Source: Nitrospirota bacterium
GTDB taxonomy: Bacteria > Nitrospirota > UBA9217
Assembly (NCBI GenBank): GCA_963737155.1
Contig: CAVTRN010000001.1
Span: 1,152,001-1,216,000, forward strand
DNA: 64,000 nt
Direction: 5' to 3'
Positions 19,803 to 31,016 of the stretch are shown piece after piece; position 1 is the stretch's first letter; every line of letters begins with the position of its first letter. The notes beneath the pieces were generated by a model, which saw only the letters and a program-made list of their open reading frames with translations, searched no databases and was not told the origin of the DNA. The position numbers and the translations under genes were made by a program.

Positions 19803-22800
19803 TCATTCCTCATGCCTGCACATGATGCTATTCGGGCAGTATCTGCATTTGCTTTCATCCTGCGGTTTGGCTGGAAAGTCGCCAGCGAGAATGCCCTCGA
19901 CCGCCTTGCAGGCCCTGTCCAGGCTTTGTTTTAAAATTGTCTCGAATTCTTCTGCGGTCCTGGCGCTAGCCTTGGGTTTTGACGACGGCTGGTCGCTCAG
20001 GACTTCTTTGTCGAAGAGCACGACGTCGCGCGCGGACGCACCGAACTTTCCCGACAGATCGTAATAAACGAGTCCGATGGGCGTCTTCAGCACAGGGCTA
20101 TCGGATTTCAGCGCTATCCGGGCCATAGCCGCATAGACCGGGAGCTGGAAGATGTCCTGATCAGTACTTATTTTAGGCTGAGGATACTTGCCCGTTTTGT
20201 AGTCCACGATCATGAAATTGCCGTTTTCGTCGACGTCGATGCGGTCGATCTTGGCCGATAGCTCGACTTCTGTTCCATTCATCAGAACAAGACGATATCC
20301 TTCAATTTTCCGCTCGAGATACGCTGGCCTCATTCCCTGCTTCCAGAATTTCATCTCGGATTCGAGGAAGCGTTCGGTCATGACCGCAAGAAACAGTTCC
20401 TTGTTGCGCCGGTTACGGAACGTGTCGGCTTCGGCATCAAAAGTGGAATCCGCTAGCTTGTCCAGGAGAGCACGGGCTTCCCCGCGGTTTTCCTCGGTGA
20501 CTGCTTTGTTCCAGGAAAGATAGAAATTTCGAAGGATCGTGTGCACTTTGCTGCCCAGTTCAGGCGGAGAGATGTCTTCAGTCACTTCCTCGAGCGGCTT
20601 CATGCCGAGGACCTTGAGGACATAGTAATCATAGGGGCAATTAATATAAGTGTCCAGCTCGGTAACCGAAAATTCCCGTTTCAGTGGCAGGACACGCGGT
20701 GAGGCTGATTCGACCGGATGGTCGCCGATCGCCGATTGCACGCCGGCCATCCCTTTGATATTTGCGGATAGTACGGCTGACAGTCTCTGATCGGAGCCAT
20801 GGATGGCGATTGCCTTTGCCAACTCGGGGATACTGCGGCTCTCCTCGATTTTCAGGCTAGACTGGATGCCCGACGTTTTCGCAAGTCCTCTATTGATCAG
20901 ACCGGCCTTCCTAAGCGGTGTAAGCTCATCCAAGAAGGGTGACGCAACCGTCGGCCGGTCCCCTTCATTCTCCGGATAGATCAGCGTTACGCTTGCCGCT
21001 GAAAGCAGGAGTCGGTAGAAGTTATGTGCTGCGGCCATGCGCGTTCGCTCAAGCGTGCGTACGCCGAGGGCTTCGAGTGTGGCTTCAGGCAGAAAAATGT
21101 TCTGAGGCAGACGCTGGGGGAACTTGGCGTCTGTGAGACCGCCGAAATAGATTTCGTTCCATGCATGGCCTCTGCTCTCACTCAAGCCCAGAATCTGGAC
21201 CCCCCCTTCATCTTCCGGAGGAACCTGGAACCGCGTATGCATGAACGTCTTTCTTAGCATGAAAAGCCATTCGCTGAAGGTATATCGGTATTCGGAAAAG
21301 ATAGTTCCCGCGCGGCCGAGGGACGCTAGTGTTGCAGTCAGCTTTCTATAAGCCTGGAGATTAGTGTTGAGTGGGCCTTTAATAGCACCAACTCGCGATT
21401 CGACTCCTGACCAGGTTATGAGAACGGCGAGTCTTTTCATCCAAAGGGCAAGGGGCGCCGGCTCTCCTGTAGAAAAGGGATCCAGGGCCTTGAAGAGATC
21501 AGTCAGCGGACCCATAAGGATGTCTCTGCCCTTAATATCACGATATTGATGTTGAAGTGCTGCTATGAGTTTGTGCTTCCCTCCGGGAATGCGCCTGTCT
21601 CTCATGATGCGGTCAAGGGTAGGCGCCACGAGCTGTGATTCGCCGAATTTCAGAAAGGGCGAACTCACGATCCTCATCAAGGAAGGGCCGGAGAAATCTT
21701 CTTGGACCGCGCGAAGCAGTGACAATACGGCCATGGTTACGGGAGATGTACTGAGCTGCCTGCCGAGCGCCCGGTTGTAGGGTATGCCGAAATCATTGAA
21801 TAGTTCCTCAACAAGCGGCCCGTACTCATCGAGTGTGGGAAAAGCCACAAGGATCGAATCCGGCGCTGTGCCCTGCTGGAGGGATTTTTTTATCTCGCCG
21901 GCGATAAACGACACTTCTTCTCGGGTGCTAACCGCAGAAAGGACGCGGATATTCTTATTGAAGGCAGCAGCCTGTGGAGCCTTTTCCGCTTCCCAGGCAA
22001 AAGGCTTGTCCGAAAAAAGCACCTCGCTCAAATACCCGTCTTCAATGCTCGCAGTAGCAGTGGAAGATCCGGGCGAGAGGCCGAGGCAGCTGAGAAAATC
22101 CTTGGTCAGCCGGAGTGGATGATAATTCCTTGCGCGTCTGATGCTTTCCTCCGATGGAGCTTCAACGAGGATGGTGCAGCCGGGATGAACCACGATCTTT
22201 CTCATGAGCCGGGCCTGAACCTCGTCAACATCATTAATCCCGTCGATAATTATCCGGGTATAGGGCGACAGCCATGCCGGGTCAAACCGGTCAGCGAGAA
22301 GCGTGAGCGTACCAGCAGGATCGAGCAGGTTTTTTTCCACCATGATACGTTCATACCGCTCATAGGCATCAATAAGCAATTTTACTTGGTTTCTGTCCGA
22401 AAAATCGCTGTTCCGGACCGTTGCTTCGAGCCTCTGCGACGTGATTCCCGCCGACGAAAGCTGTTCGAGCATGTCCGCCACGACCGCGGATAGGGACGGA
22501 GCAAGGATATCAGGGTGATCACCGAAAGAGGATTTTCCCGAGATCAGTTCCTTGACGACCCCTTCGAGCAGAATGAGCCTGCTATTCTCATCCATAAGCA
22601 CCGGGCCATTGATTTTTGCGTAGAGGTGATACAGGAACTGATGGAGGGTCCGGACCTCGGGCTGAACCAAGGCAGCGGATCCGTAAAGCCGATTTACCGC
22701 AGCCAGGAAAAGCCGTCCATATGACCGTTTCATTCGTGTTGCGGGTACGAGAATGAGGACGTCGCTATACATAAACGGCGGACCCGGGCGCGAGGCGATG

Positions 22801-22868
22801 ATCTCTTCAACGAGGCGGTTTCTTTCGGCCAGCCCTGCATTTCCGTATGGCAGTGTCATGATGCTCAT
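19803..22868 (-). CDS. addB: AddB-like PD-(D/E)xK nuclease with Fe-S staple
   Basis: NCPY, KIDRID...VDYKTG, CRYCPNSIMC; adjacent to addA. Confidence 0.85.
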   Translation of the reverse strand: MSIMTLPYGNAGLAERNRLVEEIIASRPGPPFMYSDVLILVPATRMKRSYGRLFLAAVNRLYGSAALVQPEVRTLHQFLYHLYAKINGPVLMDENSRLILLEGVVKELISGKSSFGDHPDILAPSLSAVVADMLEQLSSAGITSQRLEATVRNSDFSDRNQVKLLIDAYERYERIMVEKNLLDPAGTLTLLADRFDPAWLSPYTRIIIDGINDVDEVQARLMRKIVVHPGCTILVEAPSEESIRRARNYHPLRLTKDFLSCLGLSPGSSTATASIEDGYLSEVLFSDKPFAWEAEKAPQAAAFNKNIRVLSAVSTREEVSFIAGEIKKSLQQGTAPDSILVAFPTLDEYGPLVEELFNDFGIPYNRALGRQLSTSPVTMAVLSLLRAVQEDFSGPSLMRIVSSPFLKFGESQLVAPTLDRIMRDRRIPGGKHKLIAALQHQYRDIKGRDILMGPLTDLFKALDPFSTGEPAPLALWMKRLAVLITWSGVESRVGAIKGPLNTNLQAYRKLTATLASLGRAGTIFSEYRYTFSEWLFMLRKTFMHTRFQVPPEDEGGVQILGLSESRGHAWNEIYFGGLTDAKFPQRLPQNIFLPEATLEALGVRTLERTRMAAAHNFYRLLLSAASVTLIYPENEGDRPTVASPFLDELTPLRKAGLINRGLAKTSGIQSSLKIEESRSIPELAKAIAIHGSDQRLSAVLSANIKGMAGVQSAIGDHPVESASPRVLPLKREFSVTELDTYINCPYDYYVLKVLGMKPLEEVTEDISPPELGSKVHTILRNFYLSWNKAVTEENRGEARALLDKLADSTFDAEADTFRNRRNKELFLAVMTERFLESEMKFWKQGMRPAYLERKIEGYRLVLMNGTEVELSAKIDRIDVDENGNFMIVDYKTGKYPQPKISTDQDIFQLPVYAAMARIALKSDSPVLKTPIGLVYYDLSGKFGASARDVVLFDKEVLSDQPSSKPKASARTAEEFETILKQSLDRACKAVEGILAGDFPAKPQDESKCRYCPNSIMCRHEE

Positions 22869-22992
22869 CGTTCGATGATTATGCCATAAGTCCCATAAAT
22901 TAACAATGTATTGGTCTACACTGCTACTGGCAAGGTACTTGTCACGGAATTCGTATGAAGTGCTTTTCGGGAGGGCCGGGAAGGAAAATTTA

Positions 22993-23021
22993 TTGACAAT
23001 AAATATTGCATGATCTATAAT
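22993..23021 (+). promoter_or_regulatory. Consensus sigma70 promoter for ferredoxin-trxA
   Basis: Perfect TTGACA-17bp-TATAAT. Confidence 0.8.
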
Positions 23022-23035
23022 TCAAAACAATTGTT

Positions 23036-23236
23036 ATGCAATTTAAAATTGTGACTGATAAATGTACCGGATGTGTGACCTGCACCGATATTTGCCCGAC
23101 CGAGGCAATAAAGATCGAAAACGGCAAAGCGAAAATCACCGTGGAGTGTATAGACTGCGGAGCGTGTCCCCGCGTCTGCCCCGAGGGCGCAATTAAGATG
23201 CAATTGGCGCCCGCTCTGGTGTTGACGGTTAAATAA
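23036..23236 (+). CDS. 2x[4Fe-4S] ferredoxin
   Basis: [12 protein letters not shown] and [12 protein letters not shown]. Confidence 0.93.
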   Translation: MQFKIVTDKCTGCVTCTDICPTEAIKIENGKAKITVECIDCGACPRVCPEGAIKMQLAPALVLTVK

Positions 23237-23252
23237 TTCTGAGGAGGCTGGC

Positions 23253-23576
23253 ATGGCAGAAGCGGTAACGAGTGCAACATGGGAACAGGAAGTTCTGAAA
23301 GCGTCCGGACTGGTCCTGGTGGATTTCTGGGCGGTGTGGTGTGGGCCCTGCAGGATGGTGGCGCCAATCGTGGACGAGATTTCCAAAGAGTACGAAGGCA
23401 AGCTCAAGGTCCTGAAGCTCAACACCGACGAGAATCCCGAGGTGGCCGGCAAGTATCGTATCATGGGCATTCCGACTCTCATGTTCTTCAAGAGCGGTCA
23501 GACAGTGGATCAGGTGGTCGGTGCCGTGCCGAAAGCGCAGCTCAAGACCAAGGTTGATACACTGCTCGCAAAGTAG
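23253..23576 (+). CDS. trxA: Thioredoxin
   Basis: WCGPC active site; GAGGAGG RBS. Confidence 0.97.
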   Translation: MAEAVTSATWEQEVLKASGLVLVDFWAVWCGPCRMVAPIVDEISKEYEGKLKVLKLNTDENPEVAGKYRIMGIPTLMFFKSGQTVDQVVGAVPKAQLKTKVDTLLAK

Positions 23577-23702
23577 ATGGCCCGCATTTCTCTAGCCGGC
23601 TGCATTCTGGGTCTGAACGTTCCGGTTTTGTAGGCTGCCCGGTTCACTGGGCGGTCTCACTTTTCACGGCAGAGAAAGACTTCTGCCGAAGGAGAAGTCT
23701 TA

Positions 23703-24191
23703 ATGTTGAGGAAATATCTGGCATCATCTGTTATTGTTCTGGCAGTCTTGTTCGGCTGTACTAATAAGGGCGCATCGTCAGGCGGTAACGTTGCAGCCGA
23801 CTTTACACTTCAGGATTTGAACGGCAATAATGTCAGGCTCTCGGACTACCGGGGCAAGGTTGTCCTGCTCGAGTTCTGGGCCACATGGTGTCCGCCCTGT
23901 CGCGCTTCAATCCCGGGGATAGAAAAGCTGTACAATGATTACAAGAACAAGGGTCTCGTTGTTCTAGCTGTTTCGGTCGATGAAGACGGATGGGACCAGG
24001 TCAGATCCTTTATTTCAAGTAACGGCATAAGCTACACGGTCCTCAAGGGCGATAATGATGTTGAGAAAAACTATCAAGTTCGCACGATTCCGATGATGCT
24101 CATTTTGGACAAGGACGGCCGGATATCGAAACGATATCTCGGATTCGGAAACGAAGAAGACCTAGATAAGGATGTCAAGGCCATTCTTTGA
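23703..24191 (+). CDS. TlpA/ResA-like thiol-disulfide oxidoreductase, lipoprotein
   Basis: Lipobox LFGC; FWATWCPPC. Confidence 0.92.
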   Translation: MLRKYLASSVIVLAVLFGCTNKGASSGGNVAADFTLQDLNGNNVRLSDYRGKVVLLEFWATWCPPCRASIPGIEKLYNDYKNKGLVVLAVSVDEDGWDQVRSFISSNGISYTVLKGDNDVEKNYQVRTIPMMLILDKDGRISKRYLGFGNEEDLDKDVKAIL

Positions 24192-24220
24192 ACGGGAGCC
24201 TTAGCGCTTCCGGTTTTTAA

Positions 24221-24249
24221 TTGACAAGATATAGACCTGCCGCTATAAT
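24221..24249 (+). promoter_or_regulatory. Consensus sigma70 promoter of tRNA-Gly
   Basis: TTGACA-17bp-TATAAT just upstream of the tRNA. Confidence 0.85.
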
Positions 24250-24262
24250 GTTTTTCGAAAAA

Positions 24263-24338
24263 GCGGGCGTAGCTCAGCTGGTAGAGTACAAGCTTCCCAA
24301 GCTTGGGGTCGCGGGTTCGAAACCCGTCGCCCGCTCCA
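24263..24338 (+). tRNA. tRNA-Gly (CCC)
   Basis: 76-nt cloverleaf GCGGGCG...CGCCCGC-TCCA; anticodon arm CAAGC-TTCCCAA-GCTTG; GGTTCGA T-loop. Confidence 0.97.
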
Positions 24339-24369
24339 TTTTATCCCATGTATTCAAAGAGTTATTTGT

Positions 24370-24660
24370 ATAAACCCCAATTTTTTGCACTTCTTGTGCA
24401 CCACCAATAACAGTACGTAACATCTGAAAATTCAGAATTGCGCACTTCTTTGTTATTTCGGTGCTGCTATGGCCAAGGGCTTTTGATATTACATCCAAGT
24501 TAACCCGCCTATTAATCGCCTGTGACGCAATCGAGTGCCCTGTGGCGTTGTACAAGCTAATATAAGGTGTCAGCTTTTTGCATGCCCTATGTGTGCTCTA
24601 TGCATGTTTTCCGCATTCCACCGGCCGTATATGGCTTTCCTATTTCAGCGGGTCTATCTG
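24370..24660 (-). pseudogene. Tyrosine integrase C-terminal remnant
   Basis: SLYNATGHSIASQAINRRVNLDVISKALGHSSTEITKKC; box II R and catalytic Y replaced by G and C; N-terminus lost. Confidence 0.8.
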
Positions 24661-24826
24661 TCAAGAAACAAAGAGACGGTTGTTTTATTTTATTAAATAT
24701 CAAAGAGTTAAGTGCTTTTTGCTGTCACCAACCTGTCATCAGGCGAAGCCACGATGAAAAGCTATGATGACTTCAAACGGGAACTCGCGGAAATTGACGA
24801 AAATCTCGTTCTGAGCTATTCCTTAA

Positions 24827-26808
24827 CCTATCTTCCGCAGTTGTCAAACCAAAGTTTTTATTATTCAAGAAGATAGCTCTCTCAAATGGCCAAATTCTGC
24901 ACTACATTTTGAACTATCTTCGGTCTGTTCGGAAGCGGCAGCTTGAGTCTCTGCAGGAGCGGTTGCAACTCCTTCGGTGCCTTGCTCACCACGCGTAGTC
25001 TAATCGTGGTGTCGCGCGTCGGCAGCAAGACATCAAGTGATTGTACTCTGCACAGTTGTTCGAGCAGTTTTCGGGGTGCAGTGCCGATGCCAGAGCAGGA
25101 CATCCAGTGTGACAGCATCCGCCACATCGCGAGCGCGAGAAAGCATACAAGGATATGCGCCTGTGTACGATCTTTCTTTTGATGGAAGATCGGGCGCATT
25201 CCGAGATCACTCTTGGTGATTCGGAACGCATCCTCCACCTGCGTAAGCTCGATATAGGTCTTCCAAAGCTCTTGAGGATCCTTTTCCGGCCAGTTCGTGC
25301 GCAGGAGGTAGCTGCCACTCGTTGCGAGCGCCCAGTGGTATCGTTCTTCATTTTTTTTGACGTTGATGGCCAGGCGCCCGGCTTTGCCGCTCCCCGTCTC
25401 GGTGACCGTAACCTCGTATAGTGACGCGGCGCGACTATTACGTTCCAGGAGTCTGCCGATTCGAAGCAACGCCTTCTGCTTGTCCCGAAGTTTGCCGGCA
25501 CCGGCTTGCTTCTGCATTTTGGCGAGGCCGTCCTCCAATCGGGTGATAAACCGGTTCAGGATGGCCTGCTCCTTCTCCTTACGTCCCTTTGAACGACAAA
25601 GAAGGAATGTTTCTTCACCGCTGTCTGGATGAGGGCAGAGCTTGATCTCCACATCGGGCCGTACCACATGCCAGTTCTCCTCCAGCAGCTCGCGTTCGAA
25701 CTTTTTAAGCATGGACCTGGGCGTGCCGACCAAGTATCTTGCTCCTCGTGCGCGCATGAATTCAAGATTTTCTTCGCTCACCATGCCCCGGTCCATGACC
25801 CATATCCGTTCGGCTTTGCCGTATTTTTTCTCCATCAGCTCGATCATCTCTTCCACGGTGGTCACATCGGTCCGGTTTCCGTCAAAGACCTCGAAGGCCA
25901 AAGGCAGTCCTTCTTTACTCGCTACAAGCCCGATCGTTACCTGTACGCAATCAGGCCGACCATCTCGGCTGTATCCGCGCTTTGCTTGCGGGTTTCCCTT
26001 CATGGCTCCTTCAAAATATGTTGAGGTGATGTCGTAGAAGAGGAAGTCGAACCGGCTTCCGAAGAGCTCTCCGTACCGCTGCTGCAAATGCCTGCACAAG
26101 GCTTCCTTGTGTGGCAGCAGTTCATCGAGCGCGCGGTATAGTCGGTCATCGTTGACCTTCTCCCGAGGCACCCCCAAAATATCATCGAGCGCCGTTGTAC
26201 CGTACCAGAAGTCGGCGATTTGAAGTTCCGACGATGGCGCGCAAAAACGGGCCAGAACTAGGATGGAGGCCATGATCGACCACGGGATTTCTTCCTTGCC
26301 GGACTTTATATGCTCCGCGCAAAACTCCGAAAGCCGAAGCCGCTTCCACAATGCAAGGCCGAGATACACATCACCGAAACTACGAAGGCGCTCAACCTGT
26401 ACTCCGCTGATATTAACTGTTGCCCATGATGGAACATCGTTGTCTTCTTCAAACAGCGATAATGATGGCGCGGGGGCCGTCCAGTATTCTCCCAATGGCT
26501 TCCCATCTGATCCGTTCTTCACGATCCAGACCGGGGAGCTTGCCGATGGTGGCGACAATTCGTTGTCGCGGGCCTTTGGCAGTGCGTTCGCTTTCTACGA
26601 GCGTCCAGGTCTCGTAGTCAACGCCTCCGCTCTTTTTGCGATGTCGCCGCAGATACATGCTGTCATTATGCCAAGGTGAATTCTGCTGCGCAAGAGGGTT
26701 TTCTGCACTACACACGGTTTTCAAAGATCTGATGCTGAAAAATCAAAGAGATGATTGCACAAAACAACTTAAAATCGCTATAAAAACGACGCATCTGCGG
26801 AAGATGGG
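24827..26808 (-). mobile_element. IS1634-family insertion sequence, copy 1
   Basis: TIRs CCTATCTTCCGCAG / CTGCGGAAGATGGG; TTAA on both flanks. Confidence 0.9.
24882..26658 (-). pseudogene. IS1634-family DDE transposase, frameshifted near 26475
   Basis: N-terminus MYLRRHRKK... in one frame, remainder (YDITSTYFEG, GYSRD, VMDRG, VEDAFR) in another; 2-bp deletion relative to copy 2. Confidence 0.88.
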
Positions 26809-27222
26809 TTAACTTCTGGGATGATGTCACGAGCTAGCTGCCGACGCTAATTGAAGTGTCCTCCGAGCAATTCCGATTTCGGCGGCTATCATGCCATTGG
26901 TTCGCTGTCATTGGTTCGTAAGGGTGCGCTTTCCGCATGCTTCTTATTCCGCCAGGCTTTAGCTCTGAGGTTCATAGCAGACAAAATTTCATTTCACTGA
27001 AGAATCTGTTCACCCTGCTCCAAGATTGATAATTCTGCACGGAGGTACACGTTATGCCATAGTTCACATGGACTGATACAATTGTCGAGAGAGCCTAAGC
27101 ATATTCAGGAGTCAGCAGTAATAAAAATCCTGAAGAAAAAAGCAAATGGAACTTCAAATGAGTCAAATGTTGTTTCCGGTGAGTCTGTCGGGATGTAGAA
27201 GATAAAGCATGGTGGGGAATAT

Positions 27223-27441
27223 TTAATTGATTAGATTCAAATCATCTATGACTTCATCAGAGGTTTTGTGGTGAACAGTAGCTACGATACATTTTGCTTC
27301 GTAGTCACTTAGAAGAGATTCTGTTTGCATAAATTCTTTTATAAAATGCAATGATTCCGAATAAGATTTTAAACAGATTCTTTTAATCAATATGTTGGCA
27401 ATTAATGATTTGTCTTTTTCATTAAAACTTTCCGTATCCAT
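27223..27441 (-). CDS. Hypothetical protein
   Basis: AAGGAGGTG RBS before ATG; 72 aa. Confidence 0.55.
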   Translation of the reverse strand: MDTESFNEKDKSLIANILIKRICLKSYSESLHFIKEFMQTESLLSDYEAKCIVATVHHKTSDEVIDDLNLIN

Positions 27442-27795
27442 TTTAGACACCTCCTTCTATCCGCTGTAGAGGCTCAAAATGGAATTAAGACACATAAATC
27501 TCCTTTTGTCAAATGTGTCATAAATCCCAATTTAGTCAACACTTGCGTCATAATACACATTATATTCATTCCACTTTGTATCTTGGTATGGAAAAAAATG
27601 TTTACAATCATGTGTTTCAGCAAATGTACGCACATCCCGCCATTATGAAAACAAACCAATTGTGATTATGACCTGTTTCGTATCTCTGTCTCCTTATTCT
27701 CAATAATTTAATCCGAGTTTTCTTAATTTAAAAAACCACCTTACGATTACAATAGGTGGTTCTGTTTTTTTTACAATTCAGCAGTTGAAATCCAA

Positions 27796-28047
27796 TCAAT
27801 TCAAATCGAGAAACTTACCACCTCTAATTTTGTCAATAGGTTCATTAAATGCACCAGAGGGATATTCAGATATTGTAAGACCATATGTTATGTCATTGCC
27901 ACATTTACATTTGAATTCGTCTTTTGCGAAATGCATGGTTTCTTTGCCCATACCCCTATCGTGGGATTCAACTTCTACAAAGGTTAGTTTAACGCTGATT
28001 CTATTCCTGCACTTTGCACATTCAATAGTCGCTGATGTTGGTAACAA
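27796..28047 (-). CDS. Small zinc-ribbon-like protein
   Basis: CAKC...RGMGKE...CKCG...EYPSGA; GAGAGG upstream. Confidence 0.65.
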   Translation of the reverse strand: MLPTSATIECAKCRNRISVKLTFVEVESHDRGMGKETMHFAKDEFKCKCGNDITYGLTISEYPSGAFNEPIDKIRGGKFLDLN

Positions 28048-28129
28048 TGATTAAATATCCTCTCACTTTACTTAGAATGATGGAGCTTACAATAGTTCCG
28101 TCACTAATGCAATTTTAATCTTTGGTGAA

Positions 28130-28447
28130 ATTGGGAGCTACCCCCCTTTGTTGTGCCACTTGCAATTAGAGGTTTTTGACAACTCTTGCAGCTTGAATTC
28201 AGCCGGCGTCAGGTCGCCCAGAGAGCTATGCAGCCGAGTCTGATTGTAATCAACGCGCCAGTCCTCGATGATTTTCCTGGTCTGATCGAGGCTCATGAAC
28301 CGGTTCTCGTTCAGACATTCATCCCGGAACCTGCCGTTAAAGCTCTCCATGTAGCAATTATCAACCGGCTTACCCGGGCGTATGAACTGAAGCTTGATCC
28401 CGCGTTCATACGCCCAGACATCTAGCGCGTTGCTGATGAACTCCGGG
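28130..28447 (-). pseudogene. IS3-family transposase OrfB C-terminal remnant
   Basis: PEFISNALDVWAYERGIKLQFIRPGKPVDNCYMESFNGRFRDECLNE...YNQTRLHSSLGDLTP. Confidence 0.9.
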
Positions 28448-29059
28448 CTTTATTTGTTCATCTATCCTAGGGTTATTTTTTATTACGTGCAAGTAGACTG
28501 TAAAAGCTGGGTGAATTTAACCTCCCCACTCTTACGATATACCTGAATCCCTGAATCTTGTATAATCACCACAGCATGAAACCCATCCATCCATACACAG
28601 AGCCATTCGGGATGTGACGAATTTCCTGCAGGGATACGGTATCAGTACCCCGTTATCCGTCGCTCCTTATTTACTAAGATCGAACTTTCCGCCTCCTTTG
28701 TTAGCGACGGTGATTTCGTGGACGATTTTAGCGGTTGTTTCCTCTTGTTGGAATCAGGCTTTCGATGTTTTTGACCTTACTTTAAAAGCTGGTTTTGTCC
28801 TTTTCTTGTGAATTTATGCTATATTTCCATCACATCCATCTTGGAGGTTATATCGAGGAACACGTCTACTTAGCTTCAGATCCGCGGCAGCCTTGGAAAT
28901 CAGCATAATAGAGATCGTGGCCGCAGGGAACGTACTCACAATTCAAGTACGCCTTTTTCTGAATTTCAGCGGCAACATCATCGTCAGAATCGCCCCCGTT
29001 CCGGTCGTCGCCTACGTTTTTCTGGAGTAATGGGGATTTACGTTGAACAGGAGGTTACT

Positions 29060-29365
29060 ATGAAGTGGTATCATTATATTGCCTGTTTTTTCGCAGGTGC
29101 GTTATTAGCCAATACGGTTCCTCATTTTGTGCAGGGCATTTCCGGTAATAGTTTTCCAACCCCTTTTGCTAATCCACCGGGCAAGGGATTGTCATCGCCA
29201 ACAATCAATGTTCTGTGGGCATTATTCAATTTGGTAGCCGGATATGTCTTATTCAGAACGGGCAGGGTTTCTTCAGCAAACAAGTGGAGTCTTCTTGTCT
29301 TTTTTGCAGGCATTGCCTACATGAGCATAACGTTAAGCATCGTATTTGTGGGTAGAGTTCATTAG
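29060..29365 (+). CDS. Hypothetical membrane protein
   Basis: AGGAGG RBS; NTVPHFVQGISG..FPTPFANPPGKGLSSP; three TM segments. Confidence 0.8.
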   Translation: MKWYHYIACFFAGALLANTVPHFVQGISGNSFPTPFANPPGKGLSSPTINVLWALFNLVAGYVLFRTGRVSSANKWSLLVFFAGIAYMSITLSIVFVGRVH

Positions 29366-29391
29366 GGCTTGAAAAACTACTCCTGACCGAT

Positions 29392-29582
29392 TCTCAGGGG
29401 AGTTAGTTCGATGCCGTTGCCATTCAGCATTTCAAGAGATTGTTCAGGAATCTTATCTATACGGGATTAACCAGAGAGCCAAGCAGCTACACTTTTTTGT
29501 CGGCAGCAGGAAGGCGCTGTCAATGGCGGTGAAGCAGATTGATAATCGGAAGAGGCAGACGGCATTGAGTTATTATATTTGA
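29392..29582 (+). pseudogene. RecD2-like SF1 helicase C-terminal remnant 1
   Basis: SQGS*FDAV...LFRNLIYTGLTR/AKQL..FVGSRKALSMAVKQIDNRKRQTAL (motifs V and VI) with stop and frameshifts. Confidence 0.75.
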
Positions 29583-29654
29583 TTATGGATTAAAGGAAGG
29601 GTGTATCCATTAGGGATGCCATTTCAATCCCTTCCTAATAAATGATGAGGGTAT

Positions 29655-30206
29655 ATGCCTGAAAAGAAGAATCGAATTATTGTAGATATTGATAACACCC
29701 TTTGGGATTTTGCATCTGCTCTATGGAAAAAGATTGCTCATTATGGTGTACCACAGCCATCAGAGTGGCAAGGGGATTTTTATAAACGATATTTTTCACT
29801 TGAACAACTCCTGAGCTATGTGGATAAGGTTCATGATGAGCAGGATGAAAGATACCCGCCTTTTCCTGATGCCGTTAATTTTCTATCTTGTCTGAGAAAA
29901 AAAGGTTGCCACATTACGATTGCTAGCCTTCGGAATCCTAATAAGAAGAATGTTACTGAAAAATGGTTGAAGACCCATCGGCTTGTTTATGATGAACTCT
30001 ATCTTGTTCCCGATAAGTCAGTATTATTCGATGACCATCATGCCATTGTAGATGATGACTTACGAACACTGGATAAGGCGGTTAATAAGGGATTGATTGC
30101 CACAGGGCTAAAATTTGCTTGGAATAAGAATTCGAACCACACGTTGTTTTCAGGGTTGACGGATGTTTTTGGGTATCTCAATAAAACTGATTGTTGCAGG
30201 GATTAA
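29655..30206 (+). CDS. HAD-superfamily 5'(3')-deoxyribonucleotidase-like protein
   Basis: IVDIDNTL DxDxT motif; K...IVDD motifs III/IV. Confidence 0.75.
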   Translation: MPEKKNRIIVDIDNTLWDFASALWKKIAHYGVPQPSEWQGDFYKRYFSLEQLLSYVDKVHDEQDERYPPFPDAVNFLSCLRKKGCHITIASLRNPNKKNVTEKWLKTHRLVYDELYLVPDKSVLFDDHHAIVDDDLRTLDKAVNKGLIATGLKFAWNKNSNHTLFSGLTDVFGYLNKTDCCRD

Positions 30207-30225
30207 AGGTAAAGGAGAATTGCCC

Positions 30226-30552
30226 ATGGTCCTATTGATAAAATGGCTGGTATATTCAGGCATCATCTATTTGACATGCTGGTTGTTGCCGGGAATTAAA
30301 GTTACGGATTTTAGGGTTGCGGTTATAGTTGCAGCTGTATTAGGGATAATCAACGTGATTGTTAAACCAATTTTGATATTACTTACGTTACCTATTACGA
30401 TTTTAACTTTAGGGCTTTTTTTGCTCGTCATAAATGCGCTGATGCTAATACTTGTATCCCATTGTGTTAGCGGATTCGTGGTTGTAAGTTTTGGATGGGC
30501 CGTGCTGGGGGCTTTGATTATTTCTATCTTGTACCACTTGATATTTTGGTAA
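30226..30552 (+). CDS. YvlD/DUF360 4-TM holin-like membrane protein
   Basis: LGIINVIVKPILILLTLPITILTLGLFLLVINALML; AAGGAG RBS. Confidence 0.88.
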   Translation: MVLLIKWLVYSGIIYLTCWLLPGIKVTDFRVAVIVAAVLGIINVIVKPILILLTLPITILTLGLFLLVINALMLILVSHCVSGFVVVSFGWAVLGALIISILYHLIFW

Positions 30553-30557
30553 TAAAG

Positions 30558-31016
30558 TTTATTATTCTCCATTGCACCCAAAAACTCATAAAAGAACTCG
30601 GAAGCCCACCCCTTCGGAATACTGGCGTGCAAATCACGGGTCGCGGTAACTGGTACGCCAACCTACTTACGATTAATCGGAGAAAATGCATCCTTTTCAC
30701 CAACGAGAAGACTTTGTAATCCTTCCTTATACCTAAGGTTAAGAAAGAGAACCTAAAGAACATTGTTGATGACTTTCTGTTCAATATGAACTTGAAATTA
30801 CAGGCAGAGGGATTCCCTATTGAGGTACTAAGCAAGGTCATGAAGGAGTACACGGATAGCGGTTTTGCCAAAACCCCTAGCAAGCCTGTTCTGGGTTCTA
30901 TGAATGAATTCACCTTTCGGTATAAATCCCATATGATTGAGCGTTATGGTGGCATTGAGAACATCAAGATTCTTGGAGTCAACAAGGATATTAACAAACC
31001 ATCATGGGGGGAATAA
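30558..31016 (+). pseudogene. DUF6933-like protein with in-frame stop
   Basis: LHCTQKL...WYANL..INRRKCILFTNEKTL*SFLIP...KTPSKPVLGSMNE; TAA at 30717-30719 and frame continues. Confidence 0.7.

Noticed and set aside
24274-24555. 93-aa ORF as an intact gene
   Set aside because: Its end (MERATGFEPAT...) is the antisense of the tRNA; only the N-terminal part is an integrase remnant
26449-26560. Programmed frameshift in IS1634 copy 1
   Set aside because: Copy 2 is a single ORF and the length difference fits a simple 2-bp deletion
30717-30719. Stop-codon recoding (Sec/Pyl) in island or rhodanese ORFs
   Set aside because: Stops are of mixed types, fall at non-Cys positions and accompany frameshifts, consistent with decay
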